Below are positions 1 through 10,548 of a stretch of 64,000 bases of DNA, one piece after another (positions within the stretch are counted from its first letter, which is position 1; every line of letters begins with the position of its first letter). Source of the stretch: Rhodocyclaceae bacterium UBA2271 (GTDB taxonomy: Bacteria; Pseudomonadota; Gammaproteobacteria; Burkholderiales; Rhodocyclaceae). The position numbers and the translations under genes are program-made. The notes under the pieces are model-generated. The model had not been told where the DNA came from and searched no databases. It worked only from the letters and a program-made list of their open reading frames with translations. Location of the stretch: assembly GCA_002347405.1 (NCBI GenBank), contig DDXB01000047.1, positions 26,690-90,689 on the forward strand, in the 5' to 3' direction.

Positions 1-408
1 TGCCTGAAGGGGCTGGCGCCCGCCGGCCGGCTCGACATTGATTCGACGGGACTCTTGGTGCTGACCCAGGATGGCCGCGTCGCGCGCCAGCTGATCGGTG
101 CGGACAGCGACATCGAGAAGGAGTATCTGGTGCGTGTCGAAGGCCGGCTCGATGAAAAAGGACTCGCCTTGTTGAATCACGGACTGTCGCTCGATGACAA
201 GCCGCTGCGTCCGGCCAAAGTGAGTTGGCAGAACGAAGACCAGCTACGTTTCATTTTGAAGGAAGGCAAGAAACGCCAGATTCGTCGCATGTGCGAACTG
301 GTCGGCCTTCGTGTCACCGGCCTCAAGCGGGTGCGCGTCGGACGCGTGATGCTCGGCGACCTGCCAGTAGGACAGTGGCGCTTCCTGCGGCTGGATGAGA
401 AGTTCTAA
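1..408 (+). CDS. pseudouridine synthase (RsuA/RluB/RluF family), 5'-truncated by window edge
   Basis: Frame 1 is open from base 1. It carries the [17 protein letters not shown] catalytic-Asp motif and the [10 protein letters not shown] motif typical of this family. Confidence 0.8.
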   Translation, partial: CLKGLAPAGRLDIDSTGLLVLTQDGRVARQLIGADSDIEKEYLVRVEGRLDEKGLALLNHGLSLDDKPLRPAKVSWQNEDQLRFILKEGKKRQIRRMCELVGLRVTGLKRVRVGRVMLGDLPVGQWRFLRLDEKF

Positions 409-1295
409 AGGTCTTCGCGCCGCAGCATGAAAATCTTGCCTTCGCCACTCGGGGTATCGAGCCAGGTGAGCGGCAGTTCGGGGAAGGCCGCTTCGACGAT
501 GTCACGATTGTGGCCGACTTCGATGGCCAGCAGGCCACCGGGTTTGAGGTGTTTTGCGGCATCGGCGAGAATGCGTCGCACGATGTCCAGCCCGTCATCG
601 CCGGCAGCCAGTGCATTTTTCGGTTCGTGGCGATATTCGGGCGGCAGCGCGCGCATGGCCTGGGCAGTGACGTAGGGCGGGTTGCTCAGGATGAAGTCGT
701 AGCGGCGTTTGCCGAGCCCGGCGAACAGATCGCCCGGCACCAGCTTGATGCGTTTTTGCAGAGCGTAATCGCTGACGTTGCGCTTGGCGACTTCGAGCGC
801 GTCCTTCGAGATGTCGGCGGCGTCGATCTTTGCGTTAGGAAAGGCATGCGCCATCAGGATGGCCAGACAGCCCGAACCGGTGCATAGATCAAGCGCGCTG
901 GCGATGTCGTAGGGGTCATCGATCCAGGGCGCGAAACCATCGACCAGCAGGTCGGCGAAATACGAACGGGGAATCAGCACGCGCTCATCGACATAGAAGC
1001 GCAGGCCGGCCTGCCAGGCTTCGTGCGTCAGATAGGCGGCGGGCACGCGGCGGGCGATGCGCTGCTGCAGCAGTTCTAGCACCGCAAGGCGTTCCTGCCG
1101 AGCGAGACGGGCATCGAGATAAGGTTCGAGCCGGTCGGGCGGCAGGTGCAAGGCGGCGAGGACCAGCCAGGCTGCCTCGTCGTGGGCGTTGTCGCAGCCA
1201 TGGCCGAAAAACAGCTTCGCTTCATTGAAGCGGCTGGTGCCCCAGCGCAGCCAGTCGCGCACGGTGATGAGGTCGTCGAGCAGGGAATCGGTCAT
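405..1295 (-). CDS. prmB: 50S ribosomal protein L3 N5-glutamine methyltransferase
   Basis: The N-terminal [16 protein letters not shown] block, the SAM-binding LDLCTGSGC and the NPPY motif (LSNPPYV) are present. The ORF track starts at a TTG (1301) that lies inside a repeat, so I prefer the ATG at 1293-1295. Confidence 0.85.
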   Translation of the reverse strand: MTDSLLDDLITVRDWLRWGTSRFNEAKLFFGHGCDNAHDEAAWLVLAALHLPPDRLEPYLDARLARQERLAVLELLQQRIARRVPAAYLTHEAWQAGLRFYVDERVLIPRSYFADLLVDGFAPWIDDPYDIASALDLCTGSGCLAILMAHAFPNAKIDAADISKDALEVAKRNVSDYALQKRIKLVPGDLFAGLGKRRYDFILSNPPYVTAQAMRALPPEYRHEPKNALAAGDDGLDIVRRILADAAKHLKPGGLLAIEVGHNRDIVEAAFPELPLTWLDTPSGEGKIFMLRREDL

Positions 1296-1299
1296 GGTC

Positions 1300-1363
1300 A
1301 AAGTCGGCGCTGGTGGAGGTTTGGGTGTCCCATCAGCGCAATGTCGGCGCTGGTGGTACGGCG
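1300..1363 (+). repeat. family-A element, dimer (long) form
   Basis: AAAGTCGGCGCTGGTGGA (1300-1317), a 22-nt spacer, then AATGTCGGCGCTGGTGGTACGGCG (1340-1363). It fills the whole dapE-prmB spacer. Confidence 0.85.
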
Positions 1364-1367
1364 GCGC

Positions 1368-2507
1368 TCAAGTCAAAAGTTGTCGGAAGGTCGCTGCGTA
1401 GATGCGCGTCAGCGGCTCGATGTCGGCCAGTGCAACGCATTCGTCGATCTTGTGGATGGTGGCATTGACCGGGCCGAACTCGATGACCTCGGGACAGATG
1501 TCGGCGATGAAGCGGCCGTCGGAGGTGCCGCCGGTAGTGGAGAGCTCGGGGGTGATGCCGGTTTCGGCCTGGATGGCGGCAGTCAGGGCCGTGACCAGGC
1601 GACCGGGCGTGGTGAGGAAGGGACGGCCGCCGAGCATCCAGGCGAGCTCGTATTCGAGCTGGTGACGGTCCAGAATCTCATGCACGCGATTTTGCAGACC
1701 CTCGGCAGTGCTGGCGGTGGAAAAACGGAAATTGAACAGCACCTCGAGCGTGCCCGGCACGACGTTGGTGGCGCCGGTACCAGCGTGGATGTTCGAGATC
1801 TGGAAGCTGGTGGGCGGGAAAAATTCATTGCCGTCATCCCAGCGCGTTGCCGCGATTTCGGCCAGGGCCGGGGCCGCCAGGTGGATCGGATTTTTCACCT
1901 TCTCGGGGTAGGCAACGTGACCCTGAATCCCCTTGACGAGGAGTTTTCCGGACAGCGAGCCGCGCCGGCCGTTCTTCATCATGTCGCCCTGCCGATTGAC
2001 CGAGGTGGGCTCGCCGATGATGCAGCAGTCGAGCGTCACACCGCGCGCCTTGAGCGCCTCGAGCACGCGCACGGTGCCGTCGGTGGCGTCGCCTTCTTCG
2101 TCCGAGGTGAGCAGGAAGGCCAGCGAACCCTGCGGTTCTGGCAGGGTGGCGAGCAATTGTCCGGCAGCCACCACGGCAGCGGCTACCGAGGTTTTCATGT
2201 CAGCCGCACCACGACCAAACAGCATGCCGTCGCGTTCGGTGGGGACGAAGGGGTCGCTGTGCCATTGGTCTTCCGGACCCGGCGGCACGACGTCGATGTG
2301 GCCGGCGAAGACCACCAGCGGCTGCACGGTGCCGCGCCGCGCCCACAGATTGCAGACATGGCCGGTCGGGCCGGTGCTGTCAATGCGTTCGCAGACAAAA
2401 CCCAGCGGGGTCAGTCGATCGGCAACCAGGTCAAGACAGCCGGCATCTGCGCTGGTGATCGAGCGGCGCGCGATGAGCGCCTTGGCGAGTTCGAGGGTCG
2501 GAGTCAT
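1368..2507 (-). CDS. dapE: succinyl-diaminopimelate desuccinylase (M20 peptidase)
   Basis: 379 aa with [18 protein letters not shown] and TSDEEG metal-site motifs. The length is typical of DapE, and dapD is nearby. Confidence 0.9.
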   Translation of the reverse strand: MTPTLELAKALIARRSITSADAGCLDLVADRLTPLGFVCERIDSTGPTGHVCNLWARRGTVQPLVVFAGHIDVVPPGPEDQWHSDPFVPTERDGMLFGRGAADMKTSVAAAVVAAGQLLATLPEPQGSLAFLLTSDEEGDATDGTVRVLEALKARGVTLDCCIIGEPTSVNRQGDMMKNGRRGSLSGKLLVKGIQGHVAYPEKVKNPIHLAAPALAEIAATRWDDGNEFFPPTSFQISNIHAGTGATNVVPGTLEVLFNFRFSTASTAEGLQNRVHEILDRHQLEYELAWMLGGRPFLTTPGRLVTALTAAIQAETGITPELSTTGGTSDGRFIADICPEVIEFGPVNATIHKIDECVALADIEPLTRIYAATFRQLLT

Positions 2508-2754
2508 TGAACGTGAAAGTCAGCGTAGCGTTTGCGCCGGGCCAGTCCCTCTCTCCCAGTGGGAGAGAGGAGGCAGATAGCTTCCCTCTCCCGCTTGCGG
2601 GAGAGGGATTGAGGGAGAGGGTTGCCAAGCAAACGCGGCACGCGCCGCCAGGCGCAACCCGCACCGAAGCATGAACGACAGCCCCGTAATAGTCGAGCGC
2701 AGCGAGCAAGCAAGAGCCCCCCGAGAGGGTGGTGAAGGGGGGCGGGCCACTTGG
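2508..2754 (-). repeat. composite 3'-flank element (family G) filling the pilU-dapE spacer
   Basis: Its reverse complement aligns with 63255-63492. The shared blocks are 2682-2707 versus 63305-63330 and 2635-2660 versus 63353-63378. The centre holds two GGGAGAGG-type hairpins (2548-2570, 2584-2607). Confidence 0.7.
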
Positions 2755-3924
2755 TCATTCCATTTTCATCGTGAACTTGGAGAAGGAGGCGCCGCTTTCC
2801 GAGGTGCTGGATTCGGCATTGGCGGGTGCCGTTTCAAGCTGCCGGTCTCCCTGTTTCCTGTCAGCCATGGCGTTGTTGATCAGCCAGTGCAGGTTATTGG
2901 CCGAGTCGGCGTTACCGAGCGCTTCTTCCAGAGTGATGGTGCCGGACTTGAATAGTGCATGCAGCGATTGCTCGAAGGTGATTGCCCCGGGCGAAAGGCT
3001 TTGCTCCATTGCCTCCTTGATGCCGCTGAGGTCACCTTTTTCGATCAGTTCGCCGACATAGCGCGAATTCAGCATGACCTCGGCGGCCGGTGTACGCGTG
3101 CCGTCCGGTTTTTTCACCAAGCGCTGGGAAATGATGCACTTCAGCGTCACCGCCAGGTCGGCCAGCAACGCAGGGCGGTTTTCCAGCGGATAAAAGCTGA
3201 TGATGCGGCTCATCGAGTGATAGCTGTTGTTGGCATGTAGTGTGGCAAGGCAGAGATGTCCGGTCTGGGCGTAGGCAATGGCCTGGGTCATCGTCTCCTT
3301 GTCGCGAATTTCGCCGATGAAGATGCAGTCCGGCGCCTGACGCAGCGCATTTTTCAGGGCAAGCGGGAAGTCGAGCGTGTCGGAACCGACTTCGCGCTGA
3401 TTGACGATGGACTTCTTGTTCTTGAAGACGAACTCGATTGGCTCTTCGAGTGTCAGGATGTGACCGGTTTTCTGTTCATTGCGATGGTCGAGCATGGCGG
3501 TGAGCGTGGTCGTCTTGCCAGAACCCGTGGCGCCGACCATCAACACGAGGCCGCGCTTCTCCATGATGATGTCGCCCAGTACCGGCGGCATGTTGAGGTC
3601 CGCCAGTCGGGGAATTTCCGTCGGGATGTAGCGCACGACGAATGCCGGGGTGCCTTTCTGGCGCATCACCGAAAGACGAAAATTGCCGATGCCTGCCTGC
3701 GCGTAACCGGTATTGAGTTCAAGCGTTTCCTCGAACTCGCGCAACTGGCGTTCGTTGAGGATTTCCTGCAGCAGGCCCATGATGGTTGTGGCATCCATGA
3801 TCTGCTGGTTGATTGGCATTGAAACGCCGTTGATCTTGATGTTGATGGGCGCGTCTACCGACACGAAGATATCCGAAGCCTTCTTGTCGGCCATCAACTG
3901 GAAGAGTCTTTGCATTGCGCCCAT
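2755..3924 (-). CDS. pilU: PilT/PilU-family type IV pilus retraction ATPase (PilU-like)
   Basis: 389 aa with Walker A GATGSGKTT and the PilT-family core (FIGEIRD, ATLHANN). The N-terminus LMADKKASDIF resembles PilU. An alternative start is at 3915. Confidence 0.75.
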   Translation of the reverse strand: MGAMQRLFQLMADKKASDIFVSVDAPINIKINGVSMPINQQIMDATTIMGLLQEILNERQLREFEETLELNTGYAQAGIGNFRLSVMRQKGTPAFVVRYIPTEIPRLADLNMPPVLGDIIMEKRGLVLMVGATGSGKTTTLTAMLDHRNEQKTGHILTLEEPIEFVFKNKKSIVNQREVGSDTLDFPLALKNALRQAPDCIFIGEIRDKETMTQAIAYAQTGHLCLATLHANNSYHSMSRIISFYPLENRPALLADLAVTLKCIISQRLVKKPDGTRTPAAEVMLNSRYVGELIEKGDLSGIKEAMEQSLSPGAITFEQSLHALFKSGTITLEEALGNADSANNLHWLINNAMADRKQGDRQLETAPANAESSTSESGASFSKFTMKME

Positions 3925-4020
3925 CGGTTTCCCCTGAAAAAAGTCAGTGTTTAATGCCGGCCTGCAGTCCTGACTTGCTCCGCAAGTTAGCCTCCAGCGC
4001 TAGCCATGTCTTTGCCATGG

Positions 4021-4839
4021 CTAGTCGCGTAGCAACTCGTTGATGCTGGTCTTTAACCGTGTCTGGGCATCGACCTTCTTGACGATCACGGCACAGTAAA
4101 GGCTGTACTTGCCATCCTTGGACGGCAGGCTGCCGCTGACGACGACGGAACCTTCCGGAACGCGACCATAGAGTACTTCGCCGGTAGCACGGTCGTAGAT
4201 CTTGGTGCTCTGACCGATGAACACGCCCATCGAAATGACGCAGTTGTCCTCGACGATGACACCTTCGACCACCTCGGAACGCGCACCGATGAAGCAGTTG
4301 TCGCCGATGATGGTCGGATTGACCTGCAGGGGTTCGATCAGGCCGCCGATGCCGACGCCGCTGGAGAGATGCACGTGATTGCCGATCTGCGCGCAGGAAC
4401 CGACGGTGACCCAGGTGTCGACCATCGTGCCTTCGCCGACATAGGCGCCGATGTTGACGAAGCTGGGCAGCACCACCACGTTGTTGCCGATGAAGGCGCC
4501 GCGCCGCACCACGGCGCCCGGGACAATGCGAAAGCCGCCCTTCTGGAAGTCATGGGTATCGTACTTGGCGAACTTGGTCGGCACCTTGTCGAAATAGCGC
4601 ATGGCACCGCCATCCATCAGCACGTTGTCTTCGAGGCGGAAGGAGAGCAGCACCGCTTTCTTGATCCACTGATGGGTGATCCACTGGCCTTCGATTTTCT
4701 CGGCGACGCGCAAGCTGCCCTTGTCGAGTTCGGCAAGGACGTGATCGACCGCCTCGCCGACACGGGCGGGAGCGGCGCCGGGTTTCAGGTTGGCGCGGTC
4801 TGCCCAGGCCTGGTCGATGAGCGTTTGCAATTCGTTCAT
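4021..4839 (-). CDS. dapD: 2,3,4,5-tetrahydropyridine-2,6-dicarboxylate N-succinyltransferase
   Basis: 272 aa with left-handed beta-helix hexapeptide repeats and a typical DapD N-terminal helical domain. Confidence 0.9.
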   Translation of the reverse strand: MNELQTLIDQAWADRANLKPGAAPARVGEAVDHVLAELDKGSLRVAEKIEGQWITHQWIKKAVLLSFRLEDNVLMDGGAMRYFDKVPTKFAKYDTHDFQKGGFRIVPGAVVRRGAFIGNNVVVLPSFVNIGAYVGEGTMVDTWVTVGSCAQIGNHVHLSSGVGIGGLIEPLQVNPTIIGDNCFIGARSEVVEGVIVEDNCVISMGVFIGQSTKIYDRATGEVLYGRVPEGSVVVSGSLPSKDGKYSLYCAVIVKKVDAQTRLKTSINELLRD

Positions 4840-4874
4840 GTTGGTTTCTCGTGATTGGGATTCATGGCAGCAAG

Positions 4875-5294
4875 CTATCCGCGCGTGTTTGACTGGGACG
4901 GGAAACTGGCAAGCTCTACCGGTGCAACGGGTTTCCAGCCCTTCTTGCGATGTTCGGCGACGACATTGGTGAAAATTCCGCCGCGCACGAAAAAGCGCGC
5001 GGTCAGGCGCATGAAGCGTGGCTTCAGGGTCTGCGCCAGGTCGTCAAGGATACGGTTGGTGACGTCCTCGTGAAAATGCCCTTCGTTGCGGAAGCTCCAG
5101 ATGTAGAGCTTCAGGCTCTTCAATTCGACGCAGAGCTTGTCCGGCACATAGTCGAGTGTCAGCACCGCGAAATCCGGCTGGCCGGTTTTCGGGCACAGGC
5201 AGGTGAACTCCGGGATTTCCATGTGGATCCGGTAATCTCGTTGCGGAGCCGGATTGGTGAAGGTATCAATGATTTTGGCGGGGGCGCTGGGCAT
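4875..5294 (-). CDS. queF: NADPH-dependent 7-cyano-7-deazaguanine (preQ0) reductase, unimodular type
   Basis: 139 aa with the QueF motif [14 protein letters not shown] and the catalytic Cys. Confidence 0.9.
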   Translation of the reverse strand: MPSAPAKIIDTFTNPAPQRDYRIHMEIPEFTCLCPKTGQPDFAVLTLDYVPDKLCVELKSLKLYIWSFRNEGHFHEDVTNRILDDLAQTLKPRFMRLTARFFVRGGIFTNVVAEHRKKGWKPVAPVELASFPSQSNTRG

Positions 5295-5358
5295 GGCGAA
5301 TCAGGCAATGTGAGGGTGGGTGATTATAGTCGCCGTCCCCAGGTTGGCGGCGTCCCGG

Positions 5359-8337
5359 CTACGCCGTCCCGCCAGCGCCGACTTTTGCCAGCGCCTCGAA
5401 CTCATGGACCGGCACCGGCCGGCCGAAGAAGTAACCCTGATAGGCATAACAACCCGCACCAGCCAGAAAGTCGCGCTGCGCCGCGGATTCGACGCCCTCG
5501 GCGATGACGCCCAGACCCAGGCCATGGGCCAGTGCCACGACGGTTTTGGCAATCGCGGCGTCGTTGGGGTCGGTCAGCACGTCGCGCACAAACGACTGGT
5601 CGATCTTCAACTGGTCGAGCGGCAGGCGCTTGAGGTAGGACAGCGAGGAATAGCCGGTGCCGAAGTCGTCGAGGGAGAATCTCACGCCTTCTGCTTTCAG
5701 GGCGGACATCTTCCCGATGATCTGTTCGACATGGGCGACCAGCAGGCTTTCGGTCAGCTCCAGTTTCAGGCGTTGCGGATTGGCGCCGGTGCGCCGGAGC
5801 GCCATCAGCACCCGCTCCACGAAATCGGGCAGGTGGAACTGATGGGCGCTGACGTTCACCGCGATGCTCAGATGGGCCAGCGCGGGTTGTTGCGCCCAGG
5901 CGGCGAGTTGCGCGCAGGCGGTTTCCAGCACCCACTCGCCCAGCGGCACAATCAGCCCGGTTTCCTCGGCCAGGGGAATGAACTCGGCCGGTGACACCAT
6001 GCCGCGCACTGGGTGCTGCCAGCGCACCAGCACCTCGGCGCCGGTCAGACGGCCTTCACTCGCCACCTGCGCCTGGTAGTGAAGGAAAAACTGGCGCTCG
6101 TGCAGGGCGGCGCGCAATTCCGTTTCGAGCGTGACGCGCGACATCACGGCGGCCTGCATGGCCGGGTCGAAGAAGCGCAGCGTGTTGCGCCCGGCATCCT
6201 TGGCCTGGTACATGGCGAGGTCGGCCTGCTTGAGCAAATCGTCGAGGGTGACGGACTGGCTGTCGAACAGGACAATGCCGATGCTGGCCGTGGTGCGGTG
6301 CATCACCGCGCCGAGCAAAAACGCCTGGCCGAGCGCGGCGAGAATCTTTTCGCCGACCGCTTCGGTGCTGGCGGCGGCGTCTTGCTCCAGTGCGCTCAAT
6401 CCGGTCAGCACCACCACGAATTCGTCGCCGCCAATCCGCGCCACAGTGTCGCCCTCGCGCACGCAGTTCCTCAGGCGTTCCGCGACCTGTTTCAGCAACT
6501 GGTCGCCCATGTCATGGCCCTGTGTGTCGTTGAGCGTCTTGAAGTTGTCGAGATCGATGAACATCAGCGCGCCATGGCTGGCGCTGCGCGCGCTGACCGT
6601 CATGGTTTGTTTCAGGCGATCCAGCAGTAGCGTCCGGTTGGGCAGGCCGGTGAGCGTGTCAAAGAAGGCCAGGGCGTTGATTCTCTCTTCCGCCCGCTTC
6701 CTTTCCGTGATGTCGAAATGCGTGCCGACGTAATGGGTAACGGCGCCATTTTCGTCCTTCACCGCCGAGATGGTCAGCCATTTCGGATACTCCGTGCCGT
6801 CCTTCCGCCGGTCCCAGACCTCGCCCTGCCAGCCGTCGTTGCGGTCGATGCTCTCCCACATGGCGCGGTAAAAGTCCGCGTTGTGCCGGCCCGACCTGAG
6901 CAGCGCCGGCGTCTGGCCGACGGCCTCGGCAGCGCTGTAGCCGGTGGTCGCGGTAAAGGCTGCGTTGACGCGCAGGATCACGCCATGGGCATCGGTGACT
7001 ATCGTACTCTCCTGCGACTGGAAAGCGGCGGCGGCGATGCGCAGTTCGGCCTCGGCCAGCTTGCGTTCGGTGACGTCCTGCACCGTGCCGCTGGAACGCA
7101 ATGGCCGGCCCGCCGCGTCGAAGTCCGACGTGCCGCGCTCGTGCACCCACTTGATGCGGCCATCCTGCATCAGCAGCCGGTGGGTGATCTCGTAAGGCGT
7201 GCGTGATTGCAGCGACGCGGCATAGGCCTGATTCACCGCCGCGCGGTCGTCCGGGTGAATCAGCGCGAGGAAGGCGTCGTAGCTGGCCGTGAAACGCGCC
7301 GGGTCGATCTCGAAGAGGCGAAACACCTCGTCGCTCCAGAGGAGTTCGCCGCTTGCCAGGTCCAGCGTCCAGCTACCGACATGGGCGAGGCGCTGCGCTT
7401 CGTTCAGGCGTGCCGTGCTGGCGCGCAGGGCAGCCTCGCTCCGCTGGCGTTCGCCGGCATGGGCCTGCAGCGTGTTTTGCATGGCCAGCAGGCCCGCCAG
7501 CACGCTGTGTTCCATGCCGGGCGCAGTCGCGGTGCCGCCGGAGAAATCGCCGCGCCCGATTTTGAGCATCCGGGCATGGATTTCATCCACCGGGCCGCCC
7601 AGCGTCCTGCGCATGCCGGCGTAGGCGCGCCAGAGCGCGAAAAGCGCCGCCAGCAGGGTGGCGATGAGCAACCCCCGGAGCAGCAAGGCATGGTCTGTCG
7701 TCGCGCGGATGGTGGCCTGCGTGCGCTGTTCGATCAACCGGGAAAACTCGCTGAGCGGCGCCTTGATGCCGGCCTTGGCCCGGTGATAACTTTCATCGTG
7801 CAACATGCGGCGCGCCGTGGCCCGGTTGGCTTCGGTGCGCGGGCCGTCGGGCTCGGCCAGTTGCATGGCCGCGAGCTCCAGGGTGGTCAGCAGGTCCGAG
7901 TTCGTCTTGGCCTCGGCCAGCCGGGCGAATTCCGCGTCGCTGACGCCCGCCTGCCGCAGCAGGTCCAGCAGGGCGGCGGGTTGGCCGATTCGCGGTCTGG
8001 GGGAGCCAGGTTCGGCCAGCACGCGATGCCAGTAGCTCAGGTCATAACGCTCAGGTCGTGGTTGCCGGCCGTCGCGGATTTCCAGGATGTCCTGGAAATA
8101 TTGTTTGAACACGGGATTGCCGGTTGCCACATAGCCGCGGGCCATCCAGGTCAGTTCATCCGAAGTGCGGCGCAATTCTTCCGCCAGCAGAAACAGCTTG
8201 TGGCGCTGCTCATGGGCGCGGTCGATGCGTTTTTCGGCCTGCACATAAAATCCGAACACCAGCGCCAGCGCCAGGAACAGGGCGACGGTCAGCCAGATTT
8301 TTCTGAACACCGAGGGAAAGGCGGTCTTGACGGTCAT
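5359..8337 (-). CDS. membrane sensor diguanylate cyclase/phosphodiesterase (periplasmic domain-PAS-PAS-GGDEF-EAL)
   Basis: 992 aa with an N-terminal TM helix and a second TM, two PAS-like blocks, RIGGDEF and an EAL-domain core (LKLELTES, DDFGTGYSSL). The last 8 codons (KVGAGGTA) are a copy of repeat family A. Confidence 0.9.
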   Translation of the reverse strand: MTVKTAFPSVFRKIWLTVALFLALALVFGFYVQAEKRIDRAHEQRHKLFLLAEELRRTSDELTWMARGYVATGNPVFKQYFQDILEIRDGRQPRPERYDLSYWHRVLAEPGSPRPRIGQPAALLDLLRQAGVSDAEFARLAEAKTNSDLLTTLELAAMQLAEPDGPRTEANRATARRMLHDESYHRAKAGIKAPLSEFSRLIEQRTQATIRATTDHALLLRGLLIATLLAALFALWRAYAGMRRTLGGPVDEIHARMLKIGRGDFSGGTATAPGMEHSVLAGLLAMQNTLQAHAGERQRSEAALRASTARLNEAQRLAHVGSWTLDLASGELLWSDEVFRLFEIDPARFTASYDAFLALIHPDDRAAVNQAYAASLQSRTPYEITHRLLMQDGRIKWVHERGTSDFDAAGRPLRSSGTVQDVTERKLAEAELRIAAAAFQSQESTIVTDAHGVILRVNAAFTATTGYSAAEAVGQTPALLRSGRHNADFYRAMWESIDRNDGWQGEVWDRRKDGTEYPKWLTISAVKDENGAVTHYVGTHFDITERKRAEERINALAFFDTLTGLPNRTLLLDRLKQTMTVSARSASHGALMFIDLDNFKTLNDTQGHDMGDQLLKQVAERLRNCVREGDTVARIGGDEFVVVLTGLSALEQDAAASTEAVGEKILAALGQAFLLGAVMHRTTASIGIVLFDSQSVTLDDLLKQADLAMYQAKDAGRNTLRFFDPAMQAAVMSRVTLETELRAALHERQFFLHYQAQVASEGRLTGAEVLVRWQHPVRGMVSPAEFIPLAEETGLIVPLGEWVLETACAQLAAWAQQPALAHLSIAVNVSAHQFHLPDFVERVLMALRRTGANPQRLKLELTESLLVAHVEQIIGKMSALKAEGVRFSLDDFGTGYSSLSYLKRLPLDQLKIDQSFVRDVLTDPNDAAIAKTVVALAHGLGLGVIAEGVESAAQRDFLAGAGCYAYQGYFFGRPVPVHEFEALAKVGAGGTA
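5362..5385 (-). repeat. family-A 24-nt unit, exact
   Basis: CGCCGTCCCGCCAGCGCCGACTTT is the reverse complement of the consensus. It encodes the last 8 codons of the GGDEF-EAL gene. Confidence 0.95.
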
Positions 8338-8454
8338 TTAATTGGAACAGGTCGAGGCTAGACTTAATGCCCTAACTATATCGTAAGTTATTTGGCGGCC
8401 GCACATATAATGCCCGCCGATTACCATTCCATTTACCCGGTGAAGAGCGAGACC

Positions 8455-10548
8455 ATGAAAAACAACGGACCTGTCACGCAGCGCGAAGCGCCTTTCCCCA
8501 TCGGGAAATATCTGGTTTCCAAGACCGACCTGCGTGGCATCATCACCTATTGTAATGATGCTTTCATCGCTCTGTCCGGTTTTGAAAAGGCCGAGTTGAT
8601 CGGCAAGAGTCACAACATCGTGCGCCATCCGGACATGCCGGCGGCGGCGTTTGCCGATCTCTGGGCGACGGTGAAAGCCGGCCGCCCCTGGCGCGGCACC
8701 GTCAAGAATCGCTGCAAGGACGGCGACCATTACTGGGTCGACGCCTTTGTCGTACCGCTGCGCAAGAACGGCGAAACCACCGGTTACATGTCCGTGCGCT
8801 CCGAGCCGTCGCGCACGCAGGTGCGCGAGGCCGAGGCGCTGTATCAGCAGATCAACGCCGGTCAGGCAAAATTGCCGAAACCCGGCGGTTTTCTGGCGGG
8901 TCTCTCCATCCGCGCTCGGTTGATCGGCGTGATGGCCCTGATGGCGGTGATGATTGCGATGGGTTCCGTTATCGGCGTCGTTGGCCTGAGCCAGAGCAAT
9001 GAGCGGCTGCGCATGGCCTACGACGAGCATATGGAACCGGCGGTGGCCATTGCCAGGATGATCGAGCGGCTGGCCGATAATCGCGCGCAGATCATGCTGG
9101 GGATTCAGCATAGCCCGGATAACCGCTACAGCAAAATGCACGACCATTCGGTCGCGCTGCACACCGAGGCGACCCAGGCCAACCGCAAGATTATCGAGGA
9201 CCTGCGCGCGACCTATGACAATAAGCCCAAGAGCGCCGATGAAAAGGTGCTGGCGGAGGCGTTTTTCGCGGCGCGCGACGCCTATTCGAAGGAAGGTGTC
9301 AGCCTGGCGCGCGAGGCGCTCGCCGGCGGCGATTACGACACCGCGCAGATGCTGCTGCTGACCAAGATCAACCCCCTTTACAGCAAATTGCTGGAGCAGG
9401 GCGAGTCGCTGCAGCGTTATCTTCTCGCGGAAGGCGATAAAGCGCACACTGCCTCGGAGCAGGGCTACACCTGGCTGCTCAATGCGGCAATTGCCGGCAC
9501 GCTCACGGCGATCCTGCTGGTGGTGGTGATTGGCGGGTTGCTCGTCAAGGCGATCGTCGCGCCGATGCGCCAGGCCATCGCCCATTTCGAACGGATCGCC
9601 GATGGCATTCTTACCGACGAGGTCGATATCTCCCGCCGCGACGAGGCGGGTCAATTAATGAGCACCCTGGCGGTGATGCAGGTCAACCTCAAGGTGGCTC
9701 TCGATGAGGTGCGCCTGGTGTCGGTTGCGCTGGACGAGGAAAGCAAAAAACTGGCGGCGGAAATGGATCGCGTGGTTGATCAGTCGGTGCAGCAACAGGA
9801 CCGCGTGCAGGGCACAGCGGCGGCCACCGAGGAACTCACCGTCTCGGTGGGCGAGGTGGCGAGTTCGGTTGCCAGCACCGCCCAGGCGGCGACCCAGTCG
9901 AAGGCTCTCGTGGCGGAATCCACGCGCAGCATGGACAGCAGCATGGCGGCGACCGCGCGCGTGGTGGGCGCGGTGCAGGCCTCCTCCGCGACCATCGGTG
10001 ACCTGAACCGGGCGATCGAAAAGATCGGCGTGATCACCAACACGATTCGCGAAATCGCCGAACAGACCAACCTGCTGGCGCTGAATGCCGCCATCGAGGC
10101 GGCGCGCGCCGGCGAGCAGGGCCGCGGTTTTGCCGTGGTCGCCGACGAGGTGAGAAAGCTCGCCGAGCGGACCTCGTCTTCGACCGCCGATATCAACAAC
10201 ACGGTCAATGAATTTCAGAAGGTGACCCAGCAGGCGGTATCGTCGATGGAGCAGGCGGCGCAGGAAGTCGAATCGGGCATGAGCATGATGCGGGCCAGCG
10301 TGACCAGCCTCGACCAGATCCGGACTTCCAGCGATGAAGTCGCCGCCATGGCCGAAAGCATCGCCGCCGCTTCGCGTGAGCAGACGGTGGCCAGTCAGGA
10401 TGTCGCGACGAACATGGAGCAGGTGTCATCCCTGATCGAGCAGAACACCCAGTCCGCACGAAGCGCGAAGCAAGGTGCCGAATCGCTTTCGGCCACCGCC
10501 GTCGTGCTGCGCAATGTGGTGGCGCAGTTTGACCTGGTCAAGAAATAA
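8455..10548 (+). CDS. methyl-accepting chemotaxis protein with N-terminal PAS, 4-helix-bundle sensor and HAMP domains
   Basis: It opens [11 protein letters not shown] with a PAS block (RHPDMP), followed by two TM segments and the MCP signalling hairpin ([38 protein letters not shown]). The ATG at 8455 is preferred over the TTG at 8392. Confidence 0.85.
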   Translation: MKNNGPVTQREAPFPIGKYLVSKTDLRGIITYCNDAFIALSGFEKAELIGKSHNIVRHPDMPAAAFADLWATVKAGRPWRGTVKNRCKDGDHYWVDAFVVPLRKNGETTGYMSVRSEPSRTQVREAEALYQQINAGQAKLPKPGGFLAGLSIRARLIGVMALMAVMIAMGSVIGVVGLSQSNERLRMAYDEHMEPAVAIARMIERLADNRAQIMLGIQHSPDNRYSKMHDHSVALHTEATQANRKIIEDLRATYDNKPKSADEKVLAEAFFAARDAYSKEGVSLAREALAGGDYDTAQMLLLTKINPLYSKLLEQGESLQRYLLAEGDKAHTASEQGYTWLLNAAIAGTLTAILLVVVIGGLLVKAIVAPMRQAIAHFERIADGILTDEVDISRRDEAGQLMSTLAVMQVNLKVALDEVRLVSVALDEESKKLAAEMDRVVDQSVQQQDRVQGTAAATEELTVSVGEVASSVASTAQAATQSKALVAESTRSMDSSMAATARVVGAVQASSATIGDLNRAIEKIGVITNTIREIAEQTNLLALNAAIEAARAGEQGRGFAVVADEVRKLAERTSSSTADINNTVNEFQKVTQQAVSSMEQAAQEVESGMSMMRASVTSLDQIRTSSDEVAAMAESIAAASREQTVASQDVATNMEQVSSLIEQNTQSARSAKQGAESLSATAVVLRNVVAQFDLVKK

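Noticed and set aside
8338-9654. Long antisense ORFs opposite real genes. Examples are 8338-9654 (-), 11798-13660 (-), 1146-2510 (+), 20540-22678 (+), 35116-36906 (-), 57669-60158 (+), 54671-56587 (-) and 50348-51667 (-).
   Set aside because: These are typical stop-poor shadow frames of high-GC DNA. Their translations are Arg/Gly/His-rich with no recognisable motifs, whereas the opposite strand encodes clearly recognisable proteins (MCP, FadE, DapE, DUF1329, SMC, AlaRS, PNPase, IF-2).
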